IMG/VR virus record: IMGVR_UViG_3300012347_000193
Span: 1 to 64,000 of that record
Reading direction: 5' to 3' (one strand)
Source of the DNA: a virus
DNA length: 64,000 nt
Shown: piece by piece, positions 1 through 9,940 of the stretch
How positions within the stretch are numbered: the first letter of the stretch is position 1
Layout of the letters: each line of letters opens with the position of its first letter
The notes under the pieces: generated by a model
Seen by the model: only the letters and a program-made list of their open reading frames with translations
What the model was told of the DNA's origin: nothing
The model's database searches: none
Made by a program: the position numbers and the translations under genes

Positions 1-301
1 AACTTATATTAGCTGAACTAGCATAGATTGTAACTACATCAGTTGTAGCTAATGTCAACCCGATAGTCATTGTTAGTACGTCATTTGCAGGGATACTAGT
101 ATCATAAGCAATATAGTGCTGTGCTGCAAGACTTGCTCCTGCTGGGCGAATTGCAATTCTAAATGAACCGGCAGTTGCTGCTTGATTGCAGATAGCAATT
201 GTTGAACACACTGCACTGGTCGTTGCCGGTACTGTATATAACGTTGTCTCTGTTGTTGCTGCAGGGTTTGATTGCCCTAATACTTTGTATGTGTTTGCCA
301 T
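1..301 (-). CDS. Small virion/fibre-associated adaptor protein, runs off window start (not in ORF track)
   Basis: Manual translation from ATG at 301: MANTYKVLGQSNPAATTETTLYTVPATTSAVCSTIAICNQAATAGSFRIAIRPAG..., no stop to position 1; starts 1 nt after the upstream stop; N-terminus resembles a common small phage tail-associated beta-sandwich protein. Confidence 0.75.
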   Translation of the reverse strand, partial: MANTYKVLGQSNPAATTETTLYTVPATTSAVCSTIAICNQAATAGSFRIAIRPAGASLAAQHYIAYDTSIPANDVLTMTIGLTLATTDVVTIYASSANIS

Positions 302-302
302 G

Positions 303-749
303 TTACATGCCTGCTAATAAAAATGGGTTCAATGGGTCCGGTACGGTAACTGTTGCAAAACTCAAGTTACCTGAACCATCTGTTTGTACGTACTGTCCAG
401 TAGAACCACCGGTAATATGAACATTACCTATTGCTCCCAATGTTGCATTACCTGTTACCGTCAAGTTAGACAAATTCCCGACACTAGTAATGTTGGGTTG
501 TGCATTTGTGTACACTGTTCCTGCTACTAAGCTGTTTGATACTTGTCCAGATACATTTGCAGCAGGGATTGACGAGACAGTGATTCCCGTCAATAAACTA
601 CCGTTGCCTTGAAAGTAATTACCAACGACTAAGTTGCCTAGGTTTGCCGAGCCTGCGTGGAGACTTCCGTCAATCTCTAAACTAGTTAAAGTACCGACAG
701 ATATAATTGTGTCGGTTTCAATATTCTCGCCGTTTACTTTAGTGGTCAT
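303..749 (-). CDS. Short tail-fibre-like protein
   Basis: 148 aa; has the cluster-wide modules YTNAQPNITSVGNL and GGSTGQYVQTDGSGNLSF; ends NPFLLAGM. Confidence 0.75.
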   Translation of the reverse strand: MTTKVNGENIETDTIISVGTLTSLEIDGSLHAGSANLGNLVVGNYFQGNGSLLTGITVSSIPAANVSGQVSNSLVAGTVYTNAQPNITSVGNLSNLTVTGNATLGAIGNVHITGGSTGQYVQTDGSGNLSFATVTVPDPLNPFLLAGM

Positions 750-753
750 TTAC

Positions 754-1113
754 TTACTCTGGTAAAACTACTTCAACCCATGCGGTTGTTGCTTCATCCC
801 AGTTGTACATTTTACCGTCATCTGGCATCGGTGTAGGTGCTTCATATTGACATGTGTTTTCATTCAATACCCAGCTAGCAAAACCTTTCGGTGGAATGAA
901 TGCATCACGACCTGAATCGTAAGTGTATCCGATACCTGCGTAGTTCTTACGCAATGGGGTGCCACCTAACTTGTGTTCACCTGCTTGTGTGTTATAACTT
1001 GTTTGGACCCATTTAGATGGATCACCTACAGCACCCGAATCAATAAAATCCTGCTCTGCTACGATAACGTTTGTGACGATGTTGTTTTCATCTATTTGTG
1101 CGAAATGTGACAT
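754..1113 (-). CDS. Conserved small phage protein, probably fibre assembly/tip-associated
   Basis: 119 aa MSHFAQIDENNIVTNVIV...RKNYAGIGYTYD...DAFIPPK...YNWDE, a family that commonly accompanies Gly-rich fibre proteins; AAGGAG SD upstream. Confidence 0.75.
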   Translation of the reverse strand: MSHFAQIDENNIVTNVIVAEQDFIDSGAVGDPSKWVQTSYNTQAGEHKLGGTPLRKNYAGIGYTYDSGRDAFIPPKGFASWVLNENTCQYEAPTPMPDDGKMYNWDEATTAWVEVVLPE

Positions 1114-1133
1114 TTCATTCTCCTTGTTTAAAT

Positions 1134-1331
1134 TTATCCTGTTGTCCAGTAAGTTGTGTTTGACGGACCTGACGTTGCATTTGGATCAACGTATGTAACG
1201 TTGTTACTAGCTTGAATTATTTTGGTATCATTTTGTACTTGCATGGGTTCTTGGATAGTCATGTTAGTAACTTCCAATACATCAAGAGTCACTCTAACTG
1301 AAGGTGTTGAAGTGGGTGTGATACTTGCCAT
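1134..1331 (-). CDS. Hypothetical protein (65 aa)
   Basis: Abuts upstream stop and fills the operon gap on the coding strand. Confidence 0.55.
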   Translation of the reverse strand: MASITPTSTPSVRVTLDVLEVTNMTIQEPMQVQNDTKIIQASNNVTYVDPNATSGPSNTTYWTTG

Positions 1332-2762
1332 TTACATTGCCCTCACTAGGTACATATCCTCGTTAAATACGATTGCGATGTACGGCTCATTATTTATAGT
1401 AAATGTTTGGTTCGCTGATACCCAATACAATTTCATCATTGCTAGCGGGGCCGTCATACTTTTGTACAATCCTCTAATAGCTCCACCTGGATTCCAAGCA
1501 CCTGAAATGTTTGTTCGAATTTCTATAGGTTCTGCATTTGGTACTAGGGATCCTGTAACAGGATCCACAGTTGGCATATTTTGAATATTACTAGTGAGTG
1601 AGGCTGCGGTAGGTCTCTTTCTCTGTCTATGGTTAATAATAGGGCAAACTAAACTCATAGTTCCGTTTGATTCCCCTGCTCCACCCGAGCCGCCACCTAA
1701 ATTCGATGATGACACTGGATCGTTAAGGCTACCGCCGTTGAACGGGCCATTTTGTTTTTTAATAGCAGTTCCGGTGATGACCCCATCATTTCCTATTGTT
1801 GCCATATACGCAACTGCAAGAGAAGGTGGTGCCGGGTCAGTATTATAAGCAAATGTGTTACTTTCTGGTAAATGCACCGATTGGATTGCAACCCAAGGTG
1901 GGTTGTAAGAAAGTGCATCTTCCCAAGACTGGGTAGTTCTTAATCCACAATAAAATAACGTTCCATATTGTGATCCAGTAGTACTTGGCGAAGTTGCCGT
2001 AGAATTAGATAGAGTCCATGATGAGGTGTTTGCATATCCACTAGCATATGAGTTCGAACGATGAACATCCCATATAATACAGTAATCTTTAGTAATCGCC
2101 ATGCGATAGTACACATTTGAGGAATTGTTAACATTAAACCCACCTCGACCGCCTGAGTAAGAAGTAGTTGCCATATAATTACTAAAATAACTATTCAACA
2201 TTGCACTTGTTGCCGCTGGTACCGGTGTATGAACTGTCCAAGAAGGTTTAAAGTTTGTATCTGATAAATCTGAAGCTGTGCTGCTACCATATGTCATCTC
2301 TATTTGACCTAAATAAGCAGCCCAGTTTCCATATGAACCGGTTCTGATATATCCTAATGCAGCGTCTCCGCTCATGCTTGCACTTGATGCTGCTGCGCCG
2401 CCGTGTGAATGAAAACATAGCTTCATGTAAGGTTGAGTACCTTTGTTTGAAGCAGTGTAAAAGTCTGCTTTCCATTGAAGGTCGAACGTTGTTTGACTGT
2501 TCATACTAGTAAATGTAGCCGAAGATGGTACATTATGACTTGCGCTAGTTGTCCATCCACCTGCTTCGGTATTTGCATCAATACTTACTATGCAGTTTTT
2601 TGTATTATCAACTGTTCCAGTGTTGTTTACATATGGATTAACCGTCAGTGTTGTTGTATTGGCAGCAGCCGTAGCGATTGCCGTTACGCAACGTAAAAAA
2701 TTTACGTAGATTGCATCACCTGATGCAGTGTTATTGATATAAGGGTCGAAGGTTACAATCAT
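1332..2762 (-). CDS. Ser/Thr/Asn-rich putative receptor-binding/structural protein
   Basis: 476-aa ORF, tightly packed in the fibre operon; no recognised motif. Confidence 0.6.
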   Translation of the reverse strand: MIVTFDPYINNTASGDAIYVNFLRCVTAIATAAANTTTLTVNPYVNNTGTVDNTKNCIVSIDANTEAGGWTTSASHNVPSSATFTSMNSQTTFDLQWKADFYTASNKGTQPYMKLCFHSHGGAAASSASMSGDAALGYIRTGSYGNWAAYLGQIEMTYGSSTASDLSDTNFKPSWTVHTPVPAATSAMLNSYFSNYMATTSYSGGRGGFNVNNSSNVYYRMAITKDYCIIWDVHRSNSYASGYANTSSWTLSNSTATSPSTTGSQYGTLFYCGLRTTQSWEDALSYNPPWVAIQSVHLPESNTFAYNTDPAPPSLAVAYMATIGNDGVITGTAIKKQNGPFNGGSLNDPVSSSNLGGGSGGAGESNGTMSLVCPIINHRQRKRPTAASLTSNIQNMPTVDPVTGSLVPNAEPIEIRTNISGAWNPGGAIRGLYKSMTAPLAMMKLYWVSANQTFTINNEPYIAIVFNEDMYLVRAM

Positions 2763-2765
2763 GGG

Positions 2766-3590
2766 TTAATCCACTAATAAAGAAAAGTCGTTGACGGTAA
2801 GTCTGTAAAGATTTGAACTATCTTTATACAACTTTGAGCCAGCCATTGCATTTATTGGAAGTTTATAAACTCCGTATAATAAATGATACACGTTTGAAGA
2901 CTGAGAAGCGTAAGTAAAAACCGGGTTTTCAGTTAATATAACTTTTCCCTGTGAGTCATATCGTTTTAACGGTGTTTGCACAAATATGCTTGTTACAATA
3001 GTACCGTATGATAATGAATCAAAATTGTAAGTGTACGGGATAGTTCCGCCAGTATTGGTTTTAAAATTAATCACGTTTGACATATCTTGAAACGCCATTA
3101 GCATACTTGAAGTATATGCACGTGAAGTTCCGTTATGACCCATATCAAATATACCTAGTTGGAACGAAGACATAGGTGAATTGAAACATATCATCTTATC
3201 ATTGATAATAATATCCAACCCGACCGGATAGTATGGATCAAATATGTAGAGCCCATGATTAACGGTTTGCACTGATGTATTGAGCAATGTATCTGTACCG
3301 CTAGTATAGTCTTGTGCTAAGGTTAGTGCAGTCAACATAGTAGAGTCAAAGGTTAATCTAAAATAATGAGTATACGTACTTTCAGTATGATGTTTCTTAC
3401 TATAAGTGTACGATGTTCCGTTCACACGTTCATAAATGTTTGATGGATACGATCCATAAATTTCACTATTAGCTCTAGCATTAGTACTTAATTGGTTGAC
3501 GGACGTTATAGTGCCTTGAATGATGCCATCTAAATCTGCCTTCAAATCGGCGATTGTTGTACCAGCAGTAGTTCTATATCTAACAAGCAT
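2766..3590 (-). CDS. Hypothetical virion-associated protein
   Basis: 274-aa ORF; start overlaps upstream stop (TAATG). Confidence 0.6.
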   Translation of the reverse strand: MLVRYRTTAGTTIADLKADLDGIIQGTITSVNQLSTNARANSEIYGSYPSNIYERVNGTSYTYSKKHHTESTYTHYFRLTFDSTMLTALTLAQDYTSGTDTLLNTSVQTVNHGLYIFDPYYPVGLDIIINDKMICFNSPMSSFQLGIFDMGHNGTSRAYTSSMLMAFQDMSNVINFKTNTGGTIPYTYNFDSLSYGTIVTSIFVQTPLKRYDSQGKVILTENPVFTYASQSSNVYHLLYGVYKLPINAMAGSKLYKDSSNLYRLTVNDFSLLVD

Positions 3591-3889
3591 TACAGTGTCT
3601 CCTCTGGTGGTGTTTCAACAGGGATAACTTCCTCAACTACAGGTTCGATTATTTCCGGTGTTAAATCTACAATTTCTTCAAAATAAGTAGATGTTACACT
3701 ATCTACTAAATCACTGTAGACAACGCACATGTTTTCCAAATTAACTACCACGATACTTACCAAATCTGTACCTGCATCTTTGATGAATTGTTCAGTGACT
3801 GTTGATGTTTCCGTAGGCAGGTTGTCCACAACACGGTAAACTTTACCTTTAGTCGATCCAAACATTGTTTGAAAGTGTGCTTTATTCAT
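3590..3889 (-). CDS. Hypothetical protein with acidic Pro/Glu tail
   Basis: 99 aa; TAAATA box 7 nt upstream of ATG. Confidence 0.6.
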   Translation of the reverse strand: MNKAHFQTMFGSTKGKVYRVVDNLPTETSTVTEQFIKDAGTDLVSIVVVNLENMCVVYSDLVDSVTSTYFEEIVDLTPEIIEPVVEEVIPVETPPEETL

Positions 3890-3896
3890 AGTCTTA

Positions 3897-3902
3897 TATT
3901 TA
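3897..3902 (-). promoter_or_regulatory. gp55-type late promoter (GATAAATA)
   Basis: Matches core of T4 late consensus TATAAATA in a short intergenic gap. Confidence 0.55.
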
Positions 3903-3905
3903 TCG

Positions 3906-6900
3906 TTAGGCCGCTACGTATTGCAAATCCATACGTAAGTCGTTTCCGTCGCCCGAAACAATGTTTACTGTCAAATAGTCACTAGTAGACAACATAATAT
4001 TCGCTGAGGTTTTAGTTAAGGTATACGAATTCGCAGATATAGTAAAAGCTGCTACGTTTGATCCATTCTTACATAACTGGAATGTCATATTTGCAGTAGG
4101 TGCAGTGCTTAAACTTGCAGATACATTATTAATATTAACGTTTCCGGGTGGATAGTAACGTGATGTTCCAGTAGAAGCACTAATGTTTCCAGTAGTGTGC
4201 ATAGTGATATATCTAGGGCTTGACAGTGTTCCAGTGGCTGCTGCTACATTAATTGCATTTGCTGTAAGTACACCGTTAGTAGTAGTGGCAGTCGAGATAC
4301 CGCCGGTAGATGATATGACTAATGCAGTTGGGTTAGGTTCAGCTACTGTCGCCGGTGGGACAAAAGCGATAGCTCCAGAAGTTACATCAGTTTTGATTTG
4401 TGCTCCGCCTAAGTCAATTGTATTACCTGACAAGAACAAATCTTTAAATCTATTTGTACTATTGCCCAAATTATATGTTACGTTTGCAGTGGGTACTATG
4501 TTCCCTGTAACACTGATGTTGTTTACAGAAAGCGTATTGGATGTTTTGTTGAATGTGAACTGTGCGCTATTGCCAAAACTTCCACCGTCATTAAACAACA
4601 CTTGAGTGTTTGATCCAACTGGCGTGATTGTTGCCACTGCAACTCCCAATTCACGTATTTGAATCTTAACGTTGTATCCAGGAGCAGTCGTGAATGTTAA
4701 CGTTGAGCCAGTTACAGTGTAGTCAGTTGTTGGTGTTTGAACTAAACCGTTTTCAGTTACTAGTATATTAGTTGCGTTTACACCAGCGGAGACAGTGTAA
4801 TCTGTCTGTACGCCGTCAGCCGTATAGTTTCTAACTGTCAGGTTACCTGATCCTGAAGTAACTCCCATCTGAGTTGTTACTTCAATGAGTGAGCCATTTG
4901 CAGGTGCTTCACTGAATGTGATGTCTTGACCACTTATTGTATATGCACTGCGCAATTGCAATGCACCATTATAGTTAATGAATGTTTGATTGATACTCTG
5001 AGGGGTAACACTCAAAGTGAACACAGTCTCTGTGCCGTCACCGGTAAAAGTGTCAACTGATGTTATAGTTGATTCACCGCCGCTGGTCCCGCCTGATGCT
5101 TGTGCAGCCCAGCTTAGATTACCCGTTCCGTCAGTAGATAAAACGTAATTAGCCGTTCCGCCGGTTAGTTTCAAGTTATCTGAACTAATCGTGATGTTAC
5201 CTGGACTTAAATTGCCAGTATATGTCGGTAAGTAAGATTCTACATTTGAATCAGTGTATCCTGCTGGTAAGCCAGTCAATTGACTACCATTACCAATGAT
5301 ATAGTTACCGGTTATATTACCAGTGACTAGTAAACTTGTTAATGTACCTACTGAAGTGATGTTTGGTTGAGCATTTGTATACACTGTACCAGAGACTGTT
5401 GCGTTAGCTACGACACCTGATACATTTGCTCCGGATACACTATTTGCAACAGCAGCATATGCAACTTCACCTACAACATTTGATCCACTTACACTATTCG
5501 CAATCGCTGCATATGCAACAGGACCACTTACATTTGAGCCTGACACTGAATATGCAGTGTTTGCAATGTTGGCAACAACTGCTAAGTTATCAACGAATGT
5601 CTTAGTTACACGTGCATCAATTGCCGAGTTTGCTCTAGTTTCAGTGTAGTAAAGATTCGTGCCTTCAGTTAGATTACTTGTTGTCTGTGTACTAATCCAG
5701 GTGTTTGCCGTACTTGTAAAGTTACTAGTTGACAATTTATTTGCCAATGCATTAGTAATAGTAGTCGAGTAACTTGCATCATTACCTAACGCAATCGCTA
5801 GTTCATTTAATGTATCTAGTGCTGCGGGAGCACTTGCTACTAAATTAGCTACTGCATTGCCTACATAACTTTCAGTTGCATAGCCTACTAAATTAGCCGG
5901 TTGTAGTGCAGTATCTGCTTTTGCACCTTGAGTGCTTGTGGCGAAATATGTGTCCGAATGTCCGTTCAACGTGTTAGCATTGACACTAAGGTTATCTACG
6001 AATGTCTTAGTTACACGTGCATCAATTGCCGCATTAGCATCTGTGTTAGTATATCCCGCTGGTAAGCCAGTCAATTGACTACCATTACCAATAAAGAAAT
6101 TAGCTGTTATTTCGTTAACGCCCGAAATATTTCCGCCTGTTCCATTGCCAGTAACAAATGTTCCGCTAGAAACATTCAATGTTCCTACGTTTGCGTTACC
6201 GGTAACAGTTAAACTTGTTAGTGTACCGACGCTTGTAATGTTGGGTTGGTCTGCTGTATATACAGTTCCTGCCACAAGTGCGTTTGCTACTTGCCCTACT
6301 ACGTTTGAGCCCGAAACACTATTTGCAATTGCAGCATACGCTACAGGCCCACTTACATTAGAACCACTAACCGAGTATGCAATGTTGGCGATATTGGCAA
6401 CGACTGCTAGATTGTCAACAAATGTTTTAGTAACTCTTGCATCAATTGCAGTATTTGCTCTTGTTACTGTATAGTATAGATTAGTACCTTCAGTTAGGTT
6501 ACTAGTTGATTGAGTTGATATCCATGTGTTTGCAGTACTTGCAAAATTACTTGTTGATAATTTGTTAGCTAACGCATTATTAATAGTAGTTGAATAACTT
6601 GCGTCATTACCTAACGCAATCGCTAGTTCATTTAGTGTGTCTAGTGCTGCAGGCGCGCTTGCTACTAAGTTGGCAATTGAATTACCAACGTATGATTCTG
6701 TCGCATAACCGGATAAGTTTGCTGCCTGTAATGCAGTATCTGCTTTTGCACCTTGTGCTGCCGTTGCATACGCAGTTGCATCAGTTGATGCCGCAGTACC
6801 TAGTGTAGGTTTATTTGATAGGTCAGTATATGAACCACTGAATAGAGTGGGCTTGTTTGCTAACGAGATATATTCACCGTCAAACAACGTAGGTTTGTCA

Positions 6901-7328
6901 ATTAAGTCAGTATAGCTCCCAGTTGTTGCTACTGTAGCCAAGTCTCCGGGCTGAACCGCAGTGTCAGCAAGACTTCCTTGAGTACTCGTAGCAAAATATG
7001 TATCTGAATGACCGTTCAATGTAACAGCGTTTACACTAGTAAGTGAGCTACCGTTACCTGAAATCTGTGCTACTGTTAATGTTCCAGTAGTTTTGTTGAA
7101 TGTAAGATTCGCATCACCGGCAAAACTATTACCGTCATTGAATTGAAGTTGAGTGTTTGTTCCAGCAGCGTTAGTGTTAAAAACGTATGCAGTACCGTTA
7201 GCATACAGTAAATGGTCAGTTTTAATGTTGCCAGCACTAACGTTACCCGTACTGGAAATACTATTAACTACATAGTCACCGGATACATCTATCCCTCTAG
7301 GTTTGATTGTTGTTATTGGTGCTGCCAT
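3906..7328 (-). CDS. Long tail-fibre protein with internal duplication
   Basis: 1140 aa; two APAALDTLNELAIALGND fibre motifs, three GSYTDL.KPT-type repeats, QPNITSVGTL repeats, two (F/Y)T(G/A)DG beta-sandwich domains, C-terminal beta-sandwich. Confidence 0.85.
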   Translation of the reverse strand: MAAPITTIKPRGIDVSGDYVVNSISSTGNVSAGNIKTDHLLYANGTAYVFNTNAAGTNTQLQFNDGNSFAGDANLTFNKTTGTLTVAQISGNGSSLTSVNAVTLNGHSDTYFATSTQGSLADTAVQPGDLATVATTGSYTDLIDKPTLFDGEYISLANKPTLFSGSYTDLSNKPTLGTAASTDATAYATAAQGAKADTALQAANLSGYATESYVGNSIANLVASAPAALDTLNELAIALGNDASYSTTINNALANKLSTSNFASTANTWISTQSTSNLTEGTNLYYTVTRANTAIDARVTKTFVDNLAVVANIANIAYSVSGSNVSGPVAYAAIANSVSGSNVVGQVANALVAGTVYTADQPNITSVGTLTSLTVTGNANVGTLNVSSGTFVTGNGTGGNISGVNEITANFFIGNGSQLTGLPAGYTNTDANAAIDARVTKTFVDNLSVNANTLNGHSDTYFATSTQGAKADTALQPANLVGYATESYVGNAVANLVASAPAALDTLNELAIALGNDASYSTTITNALANKLSTSNFTSTANTWISTQTTSNLTEGTNLYYTETRANSAIDARVTKTFVDNLAVVANIANTAYSVSGSNVSGPVAYAAIANSVSGSNVVGEVAYAAVANSVSGANVSGVVANATVSGTVYTNAQPNITSVGTLTSLLVTGNITGNYIIGNGSQLTGLPAGYTDSNVESYLPTYTGNLSPGNITISSDNLKLTGGTANYVLSTDGTGNLSWAAQASGGTSGGESTITSVDTFTGDGTETVFTLSVTPQSINQTFINYNGALQLRSAYTISGQDITFSEAPANGSLIEVTTQMGVTSGSGNLTVRNYTADGVQTDYTVSAGVNATNILVTENGLVQTPTTDYTVTGSTLTFTTAPGYNVKIQIRELGVAVATITPVGSNTQVLFNDGGSFGNSAQFTFNKTSNTLSVNNISVTGNIVPTANVTYNLGNSTNRFKDLFLSGNTIDLGGAQIKTDVTSGAIAFVPPATVAEPNPTALVISSTGGISTATTTNGVLTANAINVAAATGTLSSPRYITMHTTGNISASTGTSRYYPPGNVNINNVSASLSTAPTANMTFQLCKNGSNVAAFTISANSYTLTKTSANIMLSTSDYLTVNIVSGDGNDLRMDLQYVAA
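5469..6755 (-). repeat. Direct repeat, two ~462-nt copies (5469-5930 and 6294-6755)
   Basis: QGAKADTALQ...GSNVVG (154 aa) occurs twice 825 nt apart with mostly synonymous differences. Confidence 0.85.
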
Positions 7329-7346
7329 TTCTTAACCCTTATAGTA

Positions 7347-7352
7347 TATTTA
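7347..7352 (-). promoter_or_regulatory. Late promoter (GATAAATA)
   Basis: TAAATA upstream of the 1140-aa fibre gene. Confidence 0.55.
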
Positions 7353-7393
7353 TCTCAAGGAGCTGCAGCCAACCTGTCGAGATTCACTATTTT

Positions 7394-8848
7394 TTAAACC
7401 CTAAATGTACCTGAGGTGGTAAATTTGTAATACCGGTAACCGTCTACAGTAGTTACTGTTGGGTTACCAGTAGTAGCACTAAGGTTGCCGCTGGTATCTG
7501 CATATCTAAGAATAACAACTCCGCTTCCTCCGGCTTCGGCTACTTGAGATCCTGGATGGTATCCTGATGAGCCGCCGCCGCCGCCTCCAGTATTAACTGT
7601 ACCCGGTGTTGCAGGAGCAGTTAGTGTAGTATATGATCCTGCCGGGTACGTTGCTCCTCTTCCACCACCACCATTACCGCCGTTGCCCGGAGTGTAGCCT
7701 TGTGAATCAGAGTACGCAGCGCCGCCGCCGCCGCCTGCATAATAATTACCGTCACTCCACTGAACTCCTATGCCTCCATTACCGCCCGTAAATGATGCAC
7801 CGTTACTACCAGCAGCTCCGGCGCCGCCACCACCACCGGCGCCATAAGTGCCACCATTACCACCGTCATAGCCTTGTCGTGCTTGACTTAGATAAGTTGA
7901 TCCTGGATATACACCCTTACCAATACCTGCTTGATATCCTGATGCGCCGCCACCGGATCCCCCGTTAGCAGCTAGTGCGGCATTGCCTACACCTGATCCG
8001 CCACCTATAGCAGTGACAGTAGTAAATCCACTACCTGATATTGATGAGTTTGATCCGTTATTGCCCAAAGTGCCGGCGCCACTCATGGCTGCTCCACCTG
8101 CGCCAACCTGAACACTATATGTTGTTCCCGGAGTTACAGATACGCTAGTAGCTGAAAGTAAACCACCGGCGCCGCCGCCGCCTGCGTTGTAATAGCGACC
8201 ACCACTTCCGCCGCCTGCAACTACTAAGTAATCCAATGATGTAGGAACGTTTAATACACTTATACTAAAACTTCTACTAGTTGTTTGTTGCTGACTATCT
8301 GTTGCAGTAATAGTAAATGTACTAGTACCGATGGTACTGGGTGTAGTGCCAGTTATAGCGCCAGACGCACTATTCAAACTTAAACCAGTAGGCAGACTAC
8401 CCGAAGTGATACTATATGTGATAGTTCCATCACCAGTAGCACTCACGGTTTGTGTATATGATAACGATGCCGGAGAGCTAGGTAATGCGCCGCTTGCAGT
8501 AACCCATACAGGTACATTACTGTACACCAGACCAAGCGGAAACATACCAGAACTTCCGTCAGTATTGTATACATACAGATGGTATGACGCGACACTTTTT
8601 GCAGGGCTAATAAACGTTAAACTGGTCGGACTTACATAAGTCGTGCTACAAAGTGTAGTGTCGATATACACTTTAGCTCCAGTGTTGAATCCACTGCCAT
8701 TTACGGTGATTGTTTCACTACCGGCAGGGTTACCTGCAGTAGCACTTCCAGTATATGTTAGACTAGTTATCTTAACACCTGCGCTTGCAACGCTATTAAT
8801 AACAGAAGTTAATGCGGTTGCTTTTACTGCTTTTAAACTTGTTGCCAT
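7394..8848 (-). CDS. Ig-like (IPT/TIG + putative Ig) plus glycine-rich domain protein, probable adhesin/fibre tip
   Basis: ITVNGSGF...YVYNTDG (IPT-like); SGSLPTGLSLNSASGAITGT (putative Ig); YLVVAGGGSGG...GGSGVVILRY polyglycine-rich domain. Confidence 0.8.
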   Translation of the reverse strand: MATSLKAVKATALTSVINSVASAGVKITSLTYTGSATAGNPAGSETITVNGSGFNTGAKVYIDTTLCSTTYVSPTSLTFISPAKSVASYHLYVYNTDGSSGMFPLGLVYSNVPVWVTASGALPSSPASLSYTQTVSATGDGTITYSITSGSLPTGLSLNSASGAITGTTPSTIGTSTFTITATDSQQQTTSRSFSISVLNVPTSLDYLVVAGGGSGGRYYNAGGGGAGGLLSATSVSVTPGTTYSVQVGAGGAAMSGAGTLGNNGSNSSISGSGFTTVTAIGGGSGVGNAALAANGGSGGGASGYQAGIGKGVYPGSTYLSQARQGYDGGNGGTYGAGGGGGAGAAGSNGASFTGGNGGIGVQWSDGNYYAGGGGGAAYSDSQGYTPGNGGNGGGGRGATYPAGSYTTLTAPATPGTVNTGGGGGGSSGYHPGSQVAEAGGSGVVILRYADTSGNLSATTGNPTVTTVDGYRYYKFTTSGTFRV

Positions 8849-9939
8849 TATAATTCCAATACTTTCCAGCCATATGTGCTGTTGCTATATACCAAACCAA
8901 AGCTACTCTGATCCGTATCTACTAATAAATCCTGAGCAATATTTTGTATCTTGTGACCATTTCTCGCTACTGTTAGGTTGTTTGTACTAAATGTGCCAGC
9001 CAAGTCGTTAATGCGAATTGTGTCTCCTAGAGTTGCACTAGTCGGTAATGTCATGGTTGTTGCGCCTGCGGATGTGTCAACAAAGTACCCATTATTTACT
9101 GACATTGTTGTGTTACTAGATACAATATTCCAAGTCATAGATGAGCTTGAGCTTCCACCTGAAGTTGTTCCACGAACAAATGTACTGACTTCAATCACAC
9201 TGTTAGTTACCGGCGTGCTACCAAAGCTGATAGAATTTCCAAACAAGTCGAATGAGTCTCGCAACTGCATCACACCGTCAATGTTGATAATTATGAAATC
9301 TTTACTTGACGGAGTCACTGACAATTGAAAGGCGTTGTTTGATCCATCTGCGGTAAATGCATCTACCGCTACGTCAGGTAAAACTTCTTGAGTTCCACCG
9401 CCGGTCTGTGCGGTCCAAGAAAGATTTCCCGTTCCATCTGTTTTTAATACGTAGTTAGCAACGCCGCCAGTAATTTTTACATTACCGATATCACCTACTG
9501 TTACTAGACCATTAACAGTCAAGTTAGCAAGAGTACCGAGACTAGTGATGTTTGGTTGTGCAGCGATAGTAATATTACCTGCGTATGCCGCATAGTTTGC
9601 ATTGCCCACTGTGCCACTGACATTTGCACCAGTTAGGTTAGTAAGAAGACTTCCATCACCGCTGAAATAATTTGCAACTACAATATTGCCTAAATTTGCA
9701 TTATCTGCAATAACATTACCTGATACAATTATAGAATTAGCAGAGACAGTGTCCGATGATACATTACTCGATGTTACTGTATTTGAAGTAATGACGTTAG
9801 CATTTACTGTACCTGCAACAATATCACCACCGTTGCTCAATACCGCATCCACATACGCCTTGGTTGCAGCATCTTGGCTTGCCGAAGGAGCTGCCAAGTT
9901 CTTCAGTTGGGTGGGTGATGGGAAAGATAAAAATGCCAT
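8848..9939 (-). CDS. Fibre/adaptor protein with C-terminal T4 gp9/gp10/gp34-like repeat domain
   Basis: DAATKAYVD motif; FTADG beta-sandwich; C-terminal YFVDTS...TLP...GDTIRINDLAGTF.TNNLTV.RNG.KI...LVY...GW. Confidence 0.7.
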   Translation of the reverse strand: MAFLSFPSPTQLKNLAAPSASQDAATKAYVDAVLSNGGDIVAGTVNANVITSNTVTSSNVSSDTVSANSIIVSGNVIADNANLGNIVVANYFSGDGSLLTNLTGANVSGTVGNANYAAYAGNITIAAQPNITSLGTLANLTVNGLVTVGDIGNVKITGGVANYVLKTDGTGNLSWTAQTGGGTQEVLPDVAVDAFTADGSNNAFQLSVTPSSKDFIIINIDGVMQLRDSFDLFGNSISFGSTPVTNSVIEVSTFVRGTTSGGSSSSSMTWNIVSSNTTMSVNNGYFVDTSAGATTMTLPTSATLGDTIRINDLAGTFSTNNLTVARNGHKIQNIAQDLLVDTDQSSFGLVYSNSTYGWKVLEL

Positions 9940-9940
9940 A

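Noticed and set aside
5469-6755. Diversity-generating retroelement TR/VR pair
   Set aside because: Both copies are coding, mismatches are mostly synonymous and not adenine-specific, and no reverse transcriptase is in the window
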